Virus record (IMG/VR): IMGVR_UViG_3300027976_000023
Strand: one strand, 5' to 3'
Source of the DNA: an uncultured virus (IMG/VR IMGVR_UViG_3300027976_000023)
Lineage: Duplodnaviria; Heunggongvirae; Uroviricota; Caudoviricetes
Length of the DNA: 20,000 nt
Position numbers and translations under genes: made by a program. The number at the start of each line of letters is the position of its first letter. Position 1 is the first letter of the stretch. Below are positions 16,586 to 20,000 of the stretch, one piece after another. The notes beneath the pieces are model-generated. The model searched no databases. It had not been told where the DNA came from and saw only the letters and a list, made by a program, of their open reading frames with translations.

Positions 16586-18560
16586 CAATATCTTTTTGTT
16601 TTAATAATGATAAATCTAAACATCCACCAGCAACGTCTCTTTTACCTAATTCATATTCACCAATGAAATCACCTAAATTAACATCAATATCTAAAGTGGG
16701 TAAACCATTATAGTTAGTTAAATTATTAACACCCCCAGAAATAAATGTCGTTGGATCTTCAAAACTATAATTTAAAAATGTGGGGTCCGTTAAATACGTT
16801 AAAAATCTTTCTTCATCACCTGATGGTGCCAAAGCACCTAAAGAGATTTCCTCATTAATTATTATAAAATCACAAGGTGGGTCTTGTCTCTGTAAATAAA
16901 ACCTTTTATCTAAGTTAATGTAATGTGCACCACTTTCGAATGGGTAATCTACACCGCCTCCAGTTATATCCACTTCACCAATTTCTAATAAGTCTCTCCA
17001 TTTAAAAACGTTTGTTGCTATTTCCGTTGCGTAATCGGGGATACCAAAAGAAGTTTTAAGTCCATTAATTTCTAATTGATTAGTAATATTATATTTTTCA
17101 ATGACATACTGTAAATCCACTATGGGGTTTATATAATTAGAGAATTCTCTAATTTGTATTCGATTAAATGGTTTATATATATACCCCTCTTTTTTATCTT
17201 CCTTGTTACTATCAATACGATTTAAATATTCTCTATATATTGTATTAACTCTATGGTATGTTAATTCTAACCTTCTTTCTATTAATTCATTCTCATTATA
17301 TTCAACGATATCACCATCAAAGATTTCATTCGATTCATCAATATTTTGATACCATTCATTGTTATTATAAACAGGGTCACCAAAAGACCTTATATTATAA
17401 TTAATATTTTCATTATTTTCTATATCATACCCACCAGTAATAGTTGTCCAAAACCTATTTTTTAAGTTTGATGGTAAACCACTTTGCTTATCTAACCAAT
17501 ATTGAGAATTAATGGTACTTATATCAGCATCTAAATCATTTTTAATAGTTGTAAAATATAATTCACTCAAAGGTCTACCTAAGTTGTCTGTTAAGTCTTT
17601 AACATCGATATCCTTTTTAAAGTTAAATGACGATATTTTATCATCATAATATGATACACCGAAAGAAGCTGGGTACATATCATAATCTTTATAATCTGAA
17701 GATGTTAAACTTTTAAACTCTCTAACATAGTATTGAGATGATTTATCTTGCACCACTCTCTTTATTGTTGACACACCTATTGTAAAATTAATGTAACTTG
17801 GATCTAAATCAATAAGAAATGTTCTAAATTTTTTATCATTAGTTTGGTTACCTAATTTAAAAACTCTATATGTCTTTTTTAAAAGAACTAATGTTTGGTT
17901 TGGGGTGTTATCAGTAAAATTTAATAAACTGATTTCGTCTTGATCAGCTAACCCATGATTTATAGCGGTTTTAAACCCAACATATAACCTACCATTTAAT
18001 TTAACAGTGAATTTCTCGATTATAGGTATACCATCCTTTAAGGTTACTCCCGAATTATTTTTAACTAATGTAATATCTTTACTTCTAAAAGGGTATGTCA
18101 CCTTAAAAAGATAATTAGGGATACCGTCACTATCTAACATTTTTAACCTATTAAAACTAGGGTCAAAAGGGATAAATTCACATAAAGCACTTTTATTATC
18201 ATTAAATTGTAAAGCGGATTCATCTAACTCATCATTATAATACCCTATCCACCCATTCTTTTCGAAAATATCACTAGTAAATATTTTTTTAGACCCAAAC
18301 GATGACGTGGTACCAGTAATTTTTATATTATCATTATATAGTGGGTTTGAAATTATAGGCGTTACATTACCATAAAACCTATATATTGTACTCTCTTTTC
18401 TCTCCTTCTGAAATTGTGTGAACTGACTAACATTAGTACTAATATCATTTAATGGTATTGGTTTATTAGTGCTATCTATACCAAATTGTATCTGACTATC
18501 AACATTAACAGAGTTATATGTTCTAGTTTTATTTAGTAATATTTTATTTGTCTTATCCAT
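16572..18560 (-). CDS. Hypothetical phage structural-module protein (662 aa)
   Basis: Long ORF in the same operon-like run. It contains TAINHGLADQDEISL, similar to the 'T..HGL..GD.(V/I)' beta-module frequent in phage virion proteins (weak). Confidence 0.75.
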   Translation of the reverse strand: MDKTNKILLNKTRTYNSVNVDSQIQFGIDSTNKPIPLNDISTNVSQFTQFQKERKESTIYRFYGNVTPIISNPLYNDNIKITGTTSSFGSKKIFTSDIFEKNGWIGYYNDELDESALQFNDNKSALCEFIPFDPSFNRLKMLDSDGIPNYLFKVTYPFRSKDITLVKNNSGVTLKDGIPIIEKFTVKLNGRLYVGFKTAINHGLADQDEISLLNFTDNTPNQTLVLLKKTYRVFKLGNQTNDKKFRTFLIDLDPSYINFTIGVSTIKRVVQDKSSQYYVREFKSLTSSDYKDYDMYPASFGVSYYDDKISSFNFKKDIDVKDLTDNLGRPLSELYFTTIKNDLDADISTINSQYWLDKQSGLPSNLKNRFWTTITGGYDIENNENINYNIRSFGDPVYNNNEWYQNIDESNEIFDGDIVEYNENELIERRLELTYHRVNTIYREYLNRIDSNKEDKKEGYIYKPFNRIQIREFSNYINPIVDLQYVIEKYNITNQLEINGLKTSFGIPDYATEIATNVFKWRDLLEIGEVDITGGGVDYPFESGAHYINLDKRFYLQRQDPPCDFIIINEEISLGALAPSGDEERFLTYLTDPTFLNYSFEDPTTFISGGVNNLTNYNGLPTLDIDVNLGDFIGEYELGKRDVAGGCLDLSLLKQKDIDDVC

Positions 18561-18564
18561 TTAT

Positions 18565-18572
18565 AATAAATA
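18565..18572 (-). promoter_or_regulatory. TATTTATT variant motif, 4 nt upstream of the ATG at 18560
   Basis: The minus strand reads ...gatatttaa-TATTTATT-ataa-ATG. Confidence 0.45.
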
Positions 18573-18610
18573 TTAAATATCGGTAATAATATACTCTATT
18601 AATTATATTA

Positions 18611-19999
18611 TTATCCTGCTGGTGGGTCAATCCCTATAGAACCACCAGTAGAAGGTCCACTACTCCCACCCCCTGTTGTGGGGTTACCACCAGGTCCTGT
18701 TGTTTGATTACTATCGGGTGTAACATTTTGTATTAGCGTCTCCCCCAAACAAGTTTTATAAACTGTAAATGGGTTATTTTCTGGGTTATTTAAATTAGGT
18801 GTGTTATTGATATTTTCCGATACACTATCGTTAGATGAACCAATACCTTCTAATGTTACCGCACTTATTTTATCTGCGAAGAATTTACCCACTGTTTTTT
18901 GTAATGCTGTTTTTCCTGGTACCAAACCAAAATATAAATGATAAGGTGTTTGACTTCTATTAAACCTAATACCGTTAATATTTGAAGCCCCATTATTAAT
19001 ATCATCTTCAAACGTAACTGGGTTGAATATCTCATCTATACCATCAGGGTGTGAAGTACCAAAATTAATTGTACCATTATCCCCACCACTAGTATCTGCG
19101 TTAGGGTAATTAATAAATGATGATGTTTGTCCCGGCGCTAAACCATAAAAATAATCAATACTTCCTTTGTCACTATTATATCCACAAGCATCCCCAGGAA
19201 TAAATGAGTCACCATCATTATATTCTGATTTTACTATTTCACCCGTTTCAGGCATTTCATAATAAAGGTTAAAACCATCAGATAAGGTTATTTCTGGGTA
19301 TGTCTCATAACTATTATCAAACTCTATAGAACCTGGTCTAGTATGGTGAAATGATGAATTACCTTTAAACCCATTAAACCTTCTACAGAAATAGCTTCTA
19401 ATGTCTGCATCATGATCAAACCTAACAAAACAATTACCGATTTCTACACCAATATCATTTTTATCTACCATATCAACCCCTATCTGAGACTGATTTACAG
19501 TTGCTAACGTATTTGTACAAATAACTGACGTACAACCAAATTCAACATAAGCCCTTAAATTTAATGATGACTCTTTCTTATCATCAAATTTAGTAAATGT
19601 TCTTAACACACCGTCATCAGCGGTACTGGAAAAACCATCTGGTCCACTATATGTAGTGTTAGTTATGTTAGATCGATATTTTGTATCTTCAAAACTAACA
19701 TTAAATGTTGTTGGTTCTAATTGATCCATTATGAATGGTACATCATCAATATCACAATATACACTACTACCCAATTCCATTATTGTTGTAGGTAACAATA
19801 AATTACCCTTATACTCATCTTCATTAAATTTATCATCACCAACATTTGACATTATTCTAGGTGTATAATAAATTTCTTGTTCATTCCAAGAAATAAGACC
19901 ATGTGTGATAACATTGTCATTATAATTATTAATTTCACTTACGTTGGTTTTTTTACAAGGTGCAACACCATTAGTACCACAATCATTATCACAATTCAA
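18611..19999 (-). CDS. C-terminal part of a large hypothetical virion protein (5'-truncated by the window), with a Gly/Ser/Thr/Pro-rich tail
   Basis: The frame is open to the window edge, and the track 'start' is an internal TTG at the boundary. It ends ...TTGPGGNPTTGGGSSGPSTGGSIGIDPPAG TAA TAA. Confidence 0.8.
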   Translation of the reverse strand: MNCDNDCGTNGVAPCKKTNVSEINNYNDNVITHGLISWNEQEIYYTPRIMSNVGDDKFNEDEYKGNLLLPTTIMELGSSVYCDIDDVPFIMDQLEPTTFNVSFEDTKYRSNITNTTYSGPDGFSSTADDGVLRTFTKFDDKKESSLNLRAYVEFGCTSVICTNTLATVNQSQIGVDMVDKNDIGVEIGNCFVRFDHDADIRSYFCRRFNGFKGNSSFHHTRPGSIEFDNSYETYPEITLSDGFNLYYEMPETGEIVKSEYNDGDSFIPGDACGYNSDKGSIDYFYGLAPGQTSSFINYPNADTSGGDNGTINFGTSHPDGIDEIFNPVTFEDDINNGASNINGIRFNRSQTPYHLYFGLVPGKTALQKTVGKFFADKISAVTLEGIGSSNDSVSENINNTPNLNNPENNPFTVYKTCLGETLIQNVTPDSNQTTGPGGNPTTGGGSSGPSTGGSIGIDPPAG

Positions 20000-20000
20000 A

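Noticed and set aside
5659..16713. Plus-strand ORFs at 5659-5847, 8787-9131, 13623-13892, 14803-15111 and 16531-16713
   Set aside because: They are short, antisense to long genes, and have the F/L/I/S-rich composition typical of shadow frames.
13853..18565. Eukaryotic giant virus origin (poxvirus-like TAAATG at the starts at 13855 and 18560; Cys-rich proteins)
   Set aside because: Operon-like packing, overlapping start/stop codons and tailed-phage baseplate motifs favour a bacteriophage, and TAAATG is expected by chance in A/T leaders.
1..20000. Stop-codon reassignment as in some large Bacteroidota phages
   Set aside because: The standard code gives near-complete coding density including an 8-kb ORF, and TAA, TAG (15695) and TGA (16572) all appear to end genes at sensible boundaries.

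Overview
The window is AT-rich (roughly 70% AT by eye) and almost entirely coding. It holds nine head-to-tail genes, all on the minus strand, with the first and last truncated by the window edges. It reads best as the virion structural (baseplate/tail) module of a large tailed phage, probably infecting a Bacteroidota host. Support: a 2694-aa protein with the P2 gpI / T4 gp7-type baseplate-wedge motifs, two adjacent paralogues with a tail-collar/fibre (DUF3751-like) N-terminus, a captured beta-propeller resembling Bacteroidota T9SS-cargo surface proteins, and no Shine-Dalgarno sites. These family assignments are from motif recognition, not database searches. No RNA genes, CRISPR array or mobile element were seen. 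Most notable signals: (1) a dispersed [ST][GA]x[ST] tetrapeptide enriched across unrelated structural proteins, a candidate virion modification (glycosylation) sequon; (2) TATTTATW exactly 4 nt upstream of three start codons, a candidate late promoter giving near-leaderless mRNA; (3) a recent 177-bp in-frame duplication of a Cys-rich module within a coiled-coil region, with mostly non-synonymous differences; (4) baseplate domains apparently split by very large insertions.
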